A stretch of 49,331 nucleotides of DNA from NCBI GenBank assembly GCA_021850635.1, contig JAJZLM010000010.1:1-49331 (forward strand), written 5' to 3'. Positions 21,069 through 30,269 of the stretch are shown one piece after another. Both the position numbers and the translations under genes were made by a program. The notes under the pieces were generated by a model. That model saw only the letters and a list, made by a program, of their open reading frames with translations. It was not told the origin of the DNA and ran no database searches. Every line of letters starts with the position of its first letter. Position 1 is the stretch's first letter. This DNA is from Nanobdellota archaeon (GTDB taxonomy: Archaea; Nanobdellota; Nanobdellia; Parvarchaeales; Parvarchaeaceae).

Positions 21069-21140
21069 TGGCCACTAGGGGATTTGCACCCCTAACATCA
21101 CGAGCTTCAGTCGTGCACTCTCCTATTGAGTTAAGCGGCC
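21069..21140 (-). tRNA. tRNA-Phe(GAA)
   Basis: Reverse complement folds as GGCCGCT TA ACTC AATAGGA GAGT G CACGA CT GAA GC TCGTG ATGTT AGGGG TGCAAAT CCCCT AGTGGCC A. Confidence 0.93.
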
Positions 21141-21299
21141 TCACACAACTATATCAGTGATTCGATTATTTAAGTATATTTTTGTACGGCGAATATAGCT
21201 AACTTTTGAATAAGATTGTCCTTTCATAGAAATGTTTATCATCGGCTTCTTATCTTTCAATTGCGAAGCAAATTAGATCAGTTGCTGTTCGGATATAAA

Positions 21300-22334
21300 T
21301 CATTCGAACGAAAATTTGCACACGGAATTATTTATGGATGAACAATCACTTTCATAGAGCTTGTAGCTTGAACCAAAAATCTTGGAGGATAGGTTGGTGA
21401 ACATGCCGCTTACCATAAAGCAGCGTTTCTCGTTTTCCTGGTCTATGTGTAGCGAATTGAAGCTGTCGTAAACATCTATCTGCTCTATGCTACCTTGGTT
21501 ATTCTTTATAGTCTTTATAAGGCCTAGCCCAGATATTGGGGAGAGGACATCAAGTCCTTCTGTCTGGTACTTCGCGACAGCATCCTGTAGATTGTATTGC
21601 GAATATAACTTTGATATTGCAAGACCAATGCCATATTCTATACCGTGCACGCTAACTCCTATTATTTTTCTCAATTTGCTGAAAAGATACGGAAAGAATA
21701 TTACTGGGACTATCTCTATAGGTATAGAATTTATCAGCATATCCGAGCTATATTTACCTATCTCGATCTTGTCGAAGGGCTGATCTTCCAGAGAATAGGA
21801 CGGTTGTGAGATATAATTGAAGTTTTCAGCTTTGTCTAAGAATGATACTTTGAACCAATCCATATCAGAATCACCAGTGCTTTTGCATTTATTCTCGTTT
21901 ACCTTTATGTCTCTTTTCATCATAATACGATAAACAGCGGCTATCACTCCATTCATCTGGAAACACGAATTTATTGAAGTTATATCCGGTAGAATAGAAT
22001 TGAATCCGTCACGTACTGTGATATTATACGAATCCACGTCCTTAGATAATACACTGATCTTCCCCAATCCCATACTGTAAAGCAATGAGAATATCTCGTC
22101 TTCGCTTTTTTCTTCGCTGTGGAGCTTCAGTTGTTTGGACTTTATAAGGTCGGTTAAAAAGGAGTAGATTGTTGTTGACATTGCATCCTCAAATATGCTT
22201 TTTGTAGCAATACCTAGTATCTTGCCTACCTGCATTTGTATGAGTTCAAAGCTTCCTTTAGGTAGCACTATGACCCTAAATCCGTTCATAGTATAAATCC
22301 CCTTAGTCTTGTAGTATTTCAGGTCTATCTCCAT
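21300..22334 (-). CDS. Tandem V4R (4-vinyl reductase) domain protein
   Basis: Two copies of GLG...(D)xFN...CF...G...ExxC; the second ends ESDCSSINNSVCKF. Confidence 0.75.
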   Translation of the reverse strand: MEIDLKYYKTKGIYTMNGFRVIVLPKGSFELIQMQVGKILGIATKSIFEDAMSTTIYSFLTDLIKSKQLKLHSEEKSEDEIFSLLYSMGLGKISVLSKDVDSYNITVRDGFNSILPDITSINSCFQMNGVIAAVYRIMMKRDIKVNENKCKSTGDSDMDWFKVSFLDKAENFNYISQPSYSLEDQPFDKIEIGKYSSDMLINSIPIEIVPVIFFPYLFSKLRKIIGVSVHGIEYGIGLAISKLYSQYNLQDAVAKYQTEGLDVLSPISGLGLIKTIKNNQGSIEQIDVYDSFNSLHIDQENEKRCFMVSGMFTNLSSKIFGSSYKLYESDCSSINNSVCKFSFE

Positions 22335-22431
22335 ACAGGATATAATTGATTATCAAAGCGCCAATATAATCTTTACCAGGCTGTTAAAACAGAGGCTAAG
22401 CATTTATAAAATGCAGCTACGTCCTAATAGG

Positions 22432-23247
22432 ATGACAGACGCAGTGGACAACGGCGGGAAATACACGCTGAAACTCGCGCATATCATATACGTAATAGTG
22501 GCTATGGTTGCTGTAATAGCAGTCGTGTTCATTATAATGTACCTTATACCTAGTGGTTCCAACGTAGTCGCTGTAGGCAATGGCTGGGAACAGGTAACTG
22601 CAAATAAGCCTTTCACTGTAGGAAATTCGCTTTACGTCACTTTCATAGGCATAGAAGGGTGCAAATACTGTGCAGCGGAGAGGTATGCATTGTTCGATGC
22701 CCTAAGTAACTTCGGAAACTGGACATATTCTGGCAAAATAGTAACCCTAGGTGAATTGAATTATTCGAATTATAGTGCAAATCCTGGGCCGAATACGTTA
22801 TTTTATCAAGCTAACGAAGGAGGATGGACGATAAACCTTTTGGATAAAAATCTTGCATATTCTTCTAACTATATCTCGTTTTCTTCCGCAGAAACTCTGG
22901 ACAACGCAAATAATCCTCTGCAGACTCTAAATGCGATACAGACTTCCTATATCCAGAAATATGATCCATCGGATAGTGTACCTTTCACTGTTATAGGAGG
23001 CAATTTCTTTGAAATAGGTGCTGGTGGCTCTATGGCTCCTAATGGTGTACCGATAACGTTGAGTAGCGGAGGGACGCTTACTGCTGCAAACATGATAGAT
23101 GAATTCAATATAGAAGGTTCGTTTATAAATTCAGCAATAAACACAGAGGCGGACTACATAAGCGCTTTTATATGCCATGACATATCTAACTCAGCGCCTG
23201 TATGTTCCACTGCTTCTGTGCGTTCGTTGGAGAACAATATAAAGTGA
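22432..23247 (+). CDS. DUF929-family membrane-anchored thioredoxin-like protein
   Basis: N-terminal TM; FIGIEGCKYCAAERYALFDALSNFG signature; VPF cis-Pro-like motif. Start set at ATG 22432, 21 nt after TTTATAAA. Confidence 0.85.
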   Translation: MTDAVDNGGKYTLKLAHIIYVIVAMVAVIAVVFIIMYLIPSGSNVVAVGNGWEQVTANKPFTVGNSLYVTFIGIEGCKYCAAERYALFDALSNFGNWTYSGKIVTLGELNYSNYSANPGPNTLFYQANEGGWTINLLDKNLAYSSNYISFSSAETLDNANNPLQTLNAIQTSYIQKYDPSDSVPFTVIGGNFFEIGAGGSMAPNGVPITLSSGGTLTAANMIDEFNIEGSFINSAINTEADYISAFICHDISNSAPVCSTASVRSLENNIK

Positions 23248-23350
23248 CTTCGACGCGGCTTGTTTATATGTTTATATGTGATAGGTATTATAAAATCTAT
23301 CATAAATAGTGGAAAATGAAGATAAATCTTTGGTTGACTAGGATACAAAT

Positions 23351-24031
23351 ATGATAGATATAGACATAGCAGATATAATAGATAATTTTCTTGAAGAAGA
23401 GTCCAGACCTAAGACAGTGGGGGTGTACTTTCCGAGCGAATCTGGGATGTGTATGCGGCGTAGTTACTATTCATATATATCTCCTAAGCCTACCGACAAA
23501 GCCGCCCTTAGGATATTTGCACTCGGAAATAATGTTCATTCTTTCATAGCAGAAGCGTTGAAATCTTCAGACGTGTTCTCTTATGTCGAGGAAGAAAAGC
23601 CCCTGAAAATAGAATATAAAGACAGTGATACAGTTTTCAATGTTTATGGTAGGATAGATGATTACGTCATAACGAAAGACACGAATAAAAAGATAATAAT
23701 AGAAGCCAAATCTGTAGGCGAAATAAACAAGATAAACGAACCGGAGCCTAAGCACGTAATGCAACTAATGCTTTACTTAGGCGCAGAACAAGCGGATTAC
23801 GGTTTGCTTGTCTACGCAGACAAGAAGAATCTTAATATACGACAATTTAGGGTTGATTACGACGATGAAATGTACAACAAGGTAATAGGTAGATTCAAGG
23901 ATCTAGATCTCCACTTAAAAAACAAGAGGCTTCCTCCAGCGGAGTTCTATTTTGACCCTAAAAAATCATGGGAATGCAAGTACTGCCCATATTTCAATGA
24001 CTGTATGCAGGCTATAGCAAACGAACAGTAA
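23351..24031 (+). CDS. Solo Cas4-like PD-(D/E)xK nuclease with Fe-S ligands
   Basis: PSxxxxCxR, GxxxH, GRIDD, IIEAKS, QLxLY and C-terminal CKYCPYFNDC. Confidence 0.88.
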   Translation: MIDIDIADIIDNFLEEESRPKTVGVYFPSESGMCMRRSYYSYISPKPTDKAALRIFALGNNVHSFIAEALKSSDVFSYVEEEKPLKIEYKDSDTVFNVYGRIDDYVITKDTNKKIIIEAKSVGEINKINEPEPKHVMQLMLYLGAEQADYGLLVYADKKNLNIRQFRVDYDDEMYNKVIGRFKDLDLHLKNKRLPPAEFYFDPKKSWECKYCPYFNDCMQAIANEQ

Positions 24032-24067
24032 CTGTAAGAGTATCTTGCAGACTTGTTAAAGTACGCA

Positions 24068-24994
24068 CTAAGCGTTCTCTTCTTCCCTAAACCTAGCTGT
24101 TCCTGATTCAGGCTCCAGTGTTGAAAGTATTTTTGCGTATTTGTCCGCTGTTAATGGCTCATTAAGCGTAAGCACAGCACGGTAACCTCTCAGTCCAGTC
24201 AGAAGTGGCCCGTATGTCTTTATGGAGAATTCCTTGCCTTCTATACGCGGGTTGAAGAATCCTCTCTTGAAGTTCACACTGTACGGGAACCTTAGATTTC
24301 TGGCTTTTTCCATTATTTGATTAATTAGGATATTTCTGTTGAAACCAGCTCCCCATCCTCGTAAAAAGTACTCCCTCCCTCTATATCCGAATTCTGTGTG
24401 CCCCATATACATATCTACCTTGTTGTTTTTTCCAATCTTTATGATGTCGTTGTATAACAAAGGCAGGGCATTTTCGTTTTCAATCGGTTTATAAGTCGTT
24501 TTCTTCTTGCCTAAGCTGACCGGTGGAAAAAGGGCTTGCTGCTGCATTATTACAAGCTTTTGTTTAGTATCCAACGTAGCTTCTTTGCCTACAAGAACTG
24601 CTTCACCCTCTTCTGACAGCTCCAGCAATTTACCTTCATATTCACCCTTATAAAGTGAGCCTATTCCTTGAGCGCTTCCTTCTGCATTTATTCCGCGCTG
24701 GAAATTGGATACGCTTGGGTTGCTAGGATCCAGGCCTCCAGAGCCGTAAGAGGGGGCATACATACCACTTGGAGTAGTTTGTGTACCCGTCCCATTCTGC
24801 CTATAACTGACTAGTCTGTCTATAAGCGCGTTGTATTTTGATAAAAGACTGTTATAATTTGCCTGTAAGGTTTTTAACTGATTGTTTATGGACGCATAGT
24901 TAGAATTTCTATTATAGACCAAAGTGTTAAGTACGTTTGATGCTGCTTCAAGCAGTTTATCCAGTCGTCCACGTTTCTTTCCTTTATTATCCAT
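24068..24994 (-). CDS. Hypothetical protein with N-terminal coiled coil
   Basis: 308-aa ORF filling the intergenic space, upstream TATA-like box, heptad segment INNQLKTLQANYNSLLSKYNAL. Confidence 0.75.
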   Translation of the reverse strand: MDNKGKKRGRLDKLLEAASNVLNTLVYNRNSNYASINNQLKTLQANYNSLLSKYNALIDRLVSYRQNGTGTQTTPSGMYAPSYGSGGLDPSNPSVSNFQRGINAEGSAQGIGSLYKGEYEGKLLELSEEGEAVLVGKEATLDTKQKLVIMQQQALFPPVSLGKKKTTYKPIENENALPLLYNDIIKIGKNNKVDMYMGHTEFGYRGREYFLRGWGAGFNRNILINQIMEKARNLRFPYSVNFKRGFFNPRIEGKEFSIKTYGPLLTGLRGYRAVLTLNEPLTADKYAKILSTLEPESGTARFREEENA

Positions 24995-25081
24995 ATTTTC
25001 TACTCTTTAATAGAGAATAACAAGTATAAATACCTTTCGAAATATGATCTACTAACCAAAGAAACATACTAGTGCTTCACA

Positions 25082-25567
25082 CTATTGTTGTTTTGTAACA
25101 GGAGGCTTTGTGGCAGGTCCAGGCTCTTCTCTTTTATGTATGTCATACTCATCCTCTTTTCCTTTCACTAGTTTGAGGTAAACCTCCTTCAAGTCAAAAG
25201 GAGTATACATCAGAGTCTCTCGGTCAGCGGTGGAGATATCATATTCATGCGTATGATGCAGGACAATCGGCGGGCAGATCTCGCTACACAATCCGCAGAA
25301 TATGCACTTGTTAAAATCTATGGCCGGCGCTTCGTCTCTCGCATTTACTTTGAGATGCAGGTCAAGTTTCTGCATCTGTATTGCGTCTGCCGGGCATATC
25401 CTCCAGCAGAGCTCGCAGCCTATACAATTATCAAGGTCAAGGCTTAGCATTCCCCTGCTTCTTTTCGCCAATGGCATCTTCTCCTCGGGGTATCTAACTG
25501 TGACTGGTTTTTTAGTAGCATTGAGAAGCCCGTAACCTACAGCTTTCACAGTTTCTTTTATACTCAT
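25082..25567 (-). CDS. nuoI: Complex I-like subunit I
   Basis: TVRYPEE; CIGCELCWRICP and CIFCGLCSEICP. Start at ATG 25567 overlapping the nuoH stop (ATGA). Confidence 0.95.
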   Translation of the reverse strand: MSIKETVKAVGYGLLNATKKPVTVRYPEEKMPLAKRSRGMLSLDLDNCIGCELCWRICPADAIQMQKLDLHLKVNARDEAPAIDFNKCIFCGLCSEICPPIVLHHTHEYDISTADRETLMYTPFDLKEVYLKLVKGKEDEYDIHKREEPGPATKPPVTKQQ

Positions 25568-26559
25568 ACAAAAACAACCATCCCCACAGCCAGCAGATTT
25601 ATGATCGCAAGAGGAAGCATCCAATTCCATCCAAATTTTACCAACTGATCTATTCTGACTCTAGGATATACCCATCTAGGCGTCAGAAGAATCATCATAG
25701 TCACGATTGTTTTTATCCAGAACCATACAAAAGCAGGGAGAAGAGGTCCATTCCATCCGCCTAGGAAAAGATATACCACCAGCATAGATAGCATGAATAT
25801 TTTAACATAGTCCGAAAGTAAAAATAAACCGTATCTCAAGCCACTATACTCTACTTTCCAGCCAGCAAGTAGCTCTTGTGTGGCTTCTGGTATGTCGAAA
25901 GGATCTCTTTCCACCACTGCATAGCCAGCTGTTATGAACAATATGAAAGCTAGTGGCAGATACACAACGTACCACACAGAACTCTGACCCGCAACTATAT
26001 CGTTTATATTGTAACTTCCTGAAAGGATAGTTACGCTGAGTATGGTCACTATAAGCGCTAATTCATAAGTAGCTATCTGAGTTGCGCCTCTGAAACCACC
26101 TATTATAGCGTACTTATTGTTCTCGCTCCAACCAGCTAGCAATATAAGCAATGGTGATACTGCCATAGCTACGTATATAAAAAGTAAGTTGTACGGTATG
26201 TTTACTATAGAGAGGTTAGGTCCGCCCCAAGGTATTATCAATATCATGAGAAAAGCAGCTGCAGTCAACGCTATAGGTACGAATGTATACGATAAGATAT
26301 CTACGTTAGTCGTTATCACACGTTTACCGAGCAACTTTATCAGATCCGCGACGTTCTGCAAAAGTCCGAAAGGTCCGACGTATGTAGGTCCCCATCTCGA
26401 CTGTATCCTTGCTCCGTATTTTCTGTCTACCCAGCCTATAATTATAGGTATGACGGCGACTATTGCAAGTGAAGCCACCAATAGCGCTATTAGAGCTCCT
26501 ATTAAATTTAATGGGTAAGGCAGCCACCTTGACAGCACAGCGTACGCATATGATAGCAT
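25564..26559 (-). CDS. nuoH: Complex I-like subunit H
   Basis: IQSRWGP, GLLQNVADLIKL, NNKYAIIGGFR, RDPFDIPEA, VEYSG, PRVRIDQ. Confidence 0.96.
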   Translation of the reverse strand: MLSYAYAVLSRWLPYPLNLIGALIALLVASLAIVAVIPIIIGWVDRKYGARIQSRWGPTYVGPFGLLQNVADLIKLLGKRVITTNVDILSYTFVPIALTAAAFLMILIIPWGGPNLSIVNIPYNLLFIYVAMAVSPLLILLAGWSENNKYAIIGGFRGATQIATYELALIVTILSVTILSGSYNINDIVAGQSSVWYVVYLPLAFILFITAGYAVVERDPFDIPEATQELLAGWKVEYSGLRYGLFLLSDYVKIFMLSMLVVYLFLGGWNGPLLPAFVWFWIKTIVTMMILLTPRWVYPRVRIDQLVKFGWNWMLPLAIINLLAVGMVVFV

Positions 26560-27659
26560 TATCTGTCTACCTCTCCCATTACAGGGTCTATGCTTGCTAT
26601 AACCGCGACTATGTCTGCTATTCTGCTACCTACCAAAACTTTCTCTAATGCTTTTAAGGAGAAAAAAGTAGGACTGCGTATTTTTAGTCTGTATGGCATC
26701 ATGCCTCCATCGGTTACCATATGCATGGCCATTTCTCCCTTAGACACTTCATGTCGGACTAATGTATATTTTGCAGGTATCTTAAGGAGCCATGGGACTG
26801 GTTTTTTGTAGGATCCAGCGGGTAATTTCTTCATTGCCTGACGGATTATCTTGATGGATTCGATTATCTCTCTTATCCTTATCAAAAAGCGTGAATAAGC
26901 ATCACCATCTTCCTCCGTGGGAACTTCGAATTCCATCTCCTCATATGCAAGGTAAGGGTCTATTCTTCTGATATCACGTTCTATGCCAGCTGCTCTCATA
27001 TTCGGCCCAGTTATTCCAAGTTGCTTAACAAGTTGTTTATCTATTATTCCAACACTTTTACTCCTCATAATGAACACATTGTTTTTCTGGAAAAGTGTAG
27101 CGTACTCATTTTTTACCTTTTTTTCTATCCTGTCTAGAACTGGAGACAGCATATAAGAGAAGTTCTCTGGCAAGTCATAAAACGTACCGCCGTTGCATAT
27201 GTACATAGGAGCTAGTCTGCCGCCGCTAATAGCTTCGACTACGGTCATGAGCTCCTCTCGCTCTCTGAACGCCCATATAAATCCTGTGTAGTTCCCTACG
27301 TCCATACCGAAAGAACCCACGAACACTAAGTGGCTCATAATCCTCTGGATTTCCGCCATTATAGTTCTTATGTAGACCGCACGTGGTGGTATCTCTATAC
27401 CTGCGGCTTTCTCCACTACCGATGCGAATAGTATCTCCATCTGTAAGGCCGATACATAATCCAGTTTGTCGACTATAGGATAATAATTCGAAAAGTAGCG
27501 CATCTCTGCCATTTTCTCCTTTCCCCTGTGTAGGAAACCTATTTCTACTTTTATATTGTCTATAGTATCTCCTTCAAGGTCTGCTATTAACTTTAGCACG
27601 CCGTGTGTGGCTGGATGGACAGGACCTATATTTAGTATTACACCTTTCTGTTTTTCCAT
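26559..27659 (-). CDS. nuoD: Complex I-like subunit D
   Basis: NIGPVHPATHGVL, GFLHRGKEK, C-terminal DPVMGEVDR; no NiFe CxxC motifs. Confidence 0.96.
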   Translation of the reverse strand: MEKQKGVILNIGPVHPATHGVLKLIADLEGDTIDNIKVEIGFLHRGKEKMAEMRYFSNYYPIVDKLDYVSALQMEILFASVVEKAAGIEIPPRAVYIRTIMAEIQRIMSHLVFVGSFGMDVGNYTGFIWAFREREELMTVVEAISGGRLAPMYICNGGTFYDLPENFSYMLSPVLDRIEKKVKNEYATLFQKNNVFIMRSKSVGIIDKQLVKQLGITGPNMRAAGIERDIRRIDPYLAYEEMEFEVPTEEDGDAYSRFLIRIREIIESIKIIRQAMKKLPAGSYKKPVPWLLKIPAKYTLVRHEVSKGEMAMHMVTDGGMMPYRLKIRSPTFFSLKALEKVLVGSRIADIVAVIASIDPVMGEVDR

Positions 27660-27660
27660 G

Positions 27661-28131
27661 TTAGAATTTCAGGTCTAAGCCAGTCCAGTTTCTCACGTCG
27701 TCGGTGACCTTAAAGTCTTTTCTTAAAGGATGGCCAGGCCAATCTTCCGGTAGGAGTATCCTTTTTAAGGAAGGATGTCCGTTGAACTTTATCCCAAACA
27801 TATCGTAGGCTTCCCTCTCCTCCCAATCAGCTGACGGAAAAACGCTCGTTATAGAATCTATACTTAAATCATCCTGCATTATGTTTACTCTAAGATTAAG
27901 TATGCTTTTATCTACATAATTAGAGAAAACATAACCAATCTCGAATGTGGGGTTTCTATCCACTACTGTTATTAAAAACACTATATCGTGTATCTTCTTT
28001 ATAAGTTTTGCCGCTTCTTTTAAGAGTTTTTTGTCAGATAAGACAATAACATCTTCTACTCCGTTATCTGATAGTACTGTGACATTGTCCTTAAAACTGT
28101 CTTTCAACGCATCAACTACTTTGCTTGGCAT
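27661..28131 (-). CDS. nuoC: Complex I-like subunit C
   Basis: [20 protein letters not shown] and [10 protein letters not shown]. Confidence 0.96.
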   Translation of the reverse strand: MPSKVVDALKDSFKDNVTVLSDNGVEDVIVLSDKKLLKEAAKLIKKIHDIVFLITVVDRNPTFEIGYVFSNYVDKSILNLRVNIMQDDLSIDSITSVFPSADWEEREAYDMFGIKFNGHPSLKRILLPEDWPGHPLRKDFKVTDDVRNWTGLDLKF

Positions 28132-28651
28132 ACCTTTTTATCTCGTTCTGCTGTATAAGTTTTCTTAGGACTCTTACTGCATCCTGGAATTGCTCAGGCC
28201 TAGGTGGGCATCCTGGTATATACACGTCAACAGGCATTATCCTGTCTATACCTGCTATAGTATTGTAACTATCATGGTACAGTCCGCCGCTTATATTGCA
28301 CGCACCTACTGCTATCACGTACTTTGGAGATGGCATTTGTTCATACACGTTCAATAGCCTTCTGGCCATCTTTTTAGTTATAGTGCCACTAACCAATATA
28401 AGGTCAGACTGTCTTGGGGAGTCCCCTACGAAAAGAACTCCCATTCTATCAGCATCCACTTTAGTGGCTCCGAATGTCATCATCTCTATTGCACAGCACG
28501 AAGTACCGAAAGTTACAGGCCATAGCGACCATCCTCTTGACCAGTTCAGCACAGTATCTATAAATTTTTCGGCCTTCATGAACACTATATCGCCTAATCC
28601 AGAATAGGAAAATTCTCCTGCAGAGTTCTCTTTGTTGTCTAGAGGGTTCAT
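28112..28651 (-). CDS. nuoB: Complex I-like subunit B
   Basis: [30 protein letters not shown]. Confidence 0.97.
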   Translation of the reverse strand: MNPLDNKENSAGEFSYSGLGDIVFMKAEKFIDTVLNWSRGWSLWPVTFGTSCCAIEMMTFGATKVDADRMGVLFVGDSPRQSDLILVSGTITKKMARRLLNVYEQMPSPKYVIAVGACNISGGLYHDSYNTIAGIDRIMPVDVYIPGCPPRPEQFQDAVRVLRKLIQQNEIKRYAKQSS

Positions 28652-29016
28652 TGCATGCCCTCCATGAGTACGTTTTGGGTCTTGAATATGTATTTTATGA
28701 ACAGAAACAGATAGAGCATGGCTATCGCAACTCCTATGAACACGTACACCCCATCGGCCCTAATCGAATCCGCCCACAGGAATAGAGGTACGAATAGGGC
28801 TTCTAATACAACGAAAAGCATAGCGTAAAAGTAGTACTGAAAACCCAATCTCCTCGCCACCGTTAAAGGTTTTTCCGCACTTTCGATTGCAGTTTTCCCC
28901 ATGCCAATGGGTTTTACCTTTGGACTCAAAATATTCTCAACGACCAATCCGAAAATGAATGCTAGCGTACCGGCAGCTAAAAGGAACGCGAGTATCAAAA
29001 ATGCATTTATTTCCAT
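28648..29016 (-). CDS. nuoA: Complex I-like subunit A
   Basis: Three TM helices, QYYFYAMLFVVLE, first gene of the nuo run. Confidence 0.9.
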   Translation of the reverse strand: MEINAFLILAFLLAAGTLAFIFGLVVENILSPKVKPIGMGKTAIESAEKPLTVARRLGFQYYFYAMLFVVLEALFVPLFLWADSIRADGVYVFIGVAIAMLYLFLFIKYIFKTQNVLMEGMQ

Positions 29017-29138
29017 GGTAGCAACCTATACAGACAATAACAACGTGATAAAATTTAAACGTTCAATTCTATATAATGGAAAGAACGTCGCTAAACTACC
29101 GCGGAAACGGTTAAATTTCTGCTTCGGTATAATTTAGA

Positions 29139-30269
29139 ATGCAAAATGGAATACTAGTGCTGTCTTTGATGGCTATCGTAGCCATGCTTCTTGCTTTAGG
29201 AGGTGCACATTCAACCTCTGTAAACGCGTACTTCAATGTAATGAACGTATCCGTTGGCATAAATCAGAACGTTTTCTTTAACTTTTCTGGAGATTTTCCT
29301 CAAAGTACATCGTATACCATTTATCTCGGCAACGTTTCTGTACTGTCTGGGACCATACCTGCGAACAGTGCGCAGACCTACATAGCCAAATACAACGTGA
29401 CCAATACTATGTACGGCAGTTACCCCTCACATATTGTGTTCTCTGCGCTAGTGTCCCCTTTAATGTCCAACTCCAATGTTTTTATACTTCCTACTCCGAA
29501 TTTCGGATTCGCAAGCCATTCAGATTACACTTACGCCTTTAACAGGTCCAAAGTTATAAACAACGTAACAGCTACTGTTCTGCAGGCTAATCTAGTCCTG
29601 GATCTTATCAATACTGGTAATACCCCCTTGAACATAACGTGGAGCCTGCCCTCGGTTAAAGATGTCCTTTTCTCACTGGATTATATCGAGTCTTTTGGGA
29701 TAGAACCCGGGGGCTCATTCAAAATACCTGTCAATATGACATTACAGTCGCGTTCTAGCACAGTCGTTAACTTCTCGTTCTCGGCCGATTTCGGGTCACA
29801 GTACATTACGAGAGATTACACGACTACTCTAATTTCCCCTATAATAAACATGACGTTTTTCAACGCGACTTTAAAGCAGATAAACTCAAACGAAAGTCTT
29901 TTCACGGTCATGCTTATAAATCATAACAATGTACCGATAAATTTAACGCTGTCTTTCGTGCTCGATGTAAATGGAGGAGATGTGTTCTACAATGTATCTA
30001 AAGTAGTGTCAACATCCACTATGTCCTTTTCGGCTGTAATACCGAATAGCAGGCTAGTAAGCGTTGCCGCTTTTTATCCTTCGCAGAACGGAACGATCTT
30101 ATCCTCGAATATATACTCTAATCCAGTACCCTCTACACCTCAGTCCCTACTCAGTGTGCTGGCAGAATACAGTTATGTGATTGTCCTCGTAATCGCGATA
30201 GTTATACTTGTATTAATACACATCAGGTCGATGAGAAAAGGAGGGGTAAAGAATGATAAAAAAATCTGA
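29139..30269 (+). CDS. Exported beta-rich (Ig-like) protein with signal peptide and C-terminal membrane anchor
   Basis: N-terminal hydrophobic signal, NTGNTPLNI Ig-type motif, many sequons, C-terminal TM with basic tail. Confidence 0.8.
   Translation: MQNGILVLSLMAIVAMLLALGGAHSTSVNAYFNVMNVSVGINQNVFFNFSGDFPQSTSYTIYLGNVSVLSGTIPANSAQTYIAKYNVTNTMYGSYPSHIVFSALVSPLMSNSNVFILPTPNFGFASHSDYTYAFNRSKVINNVTATVLQANLVLDLINTGNTPLNITWSLPSVKDVLFSLDYIESFGIEPGGSFKIPVNMTLQSRSSTVVNFSFSADFGSQYITRDYTTTLISPIINMTFFNATLKQINSNESLFTVMLINHNNVPINLTLSFVLDVNGGDVFYNVSKVVSTSTMSFSAVIPNSRLVSVAAFYPSQNGTILSSNIYSNPVPSTPQSLLSVLAEYSYVIVLVIAIVILVLIHIRSMRKGGVKNDKKI

Noticed and set aside
20982..21140. Introns, split or permuted tRNAs
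   Set aside because: These two tRNAs, and tRNA-Gln at 46616-46688, fold as uninterrupted cloverleaves
21141..21242. 33-codon minus-strand ORF upstream of tRNA-Phe
   Set aside because: No recognisable motif, and it runs through the tRNA promoter
26559..28651. Group 4 NiFe hydrogenase interpretation of the nuo-like genes
   Set aside because: The large subunit lacks both CxxC nickel-binding motifs and ends in GEVDR; the small subunit has the adjacent CC of NuoB
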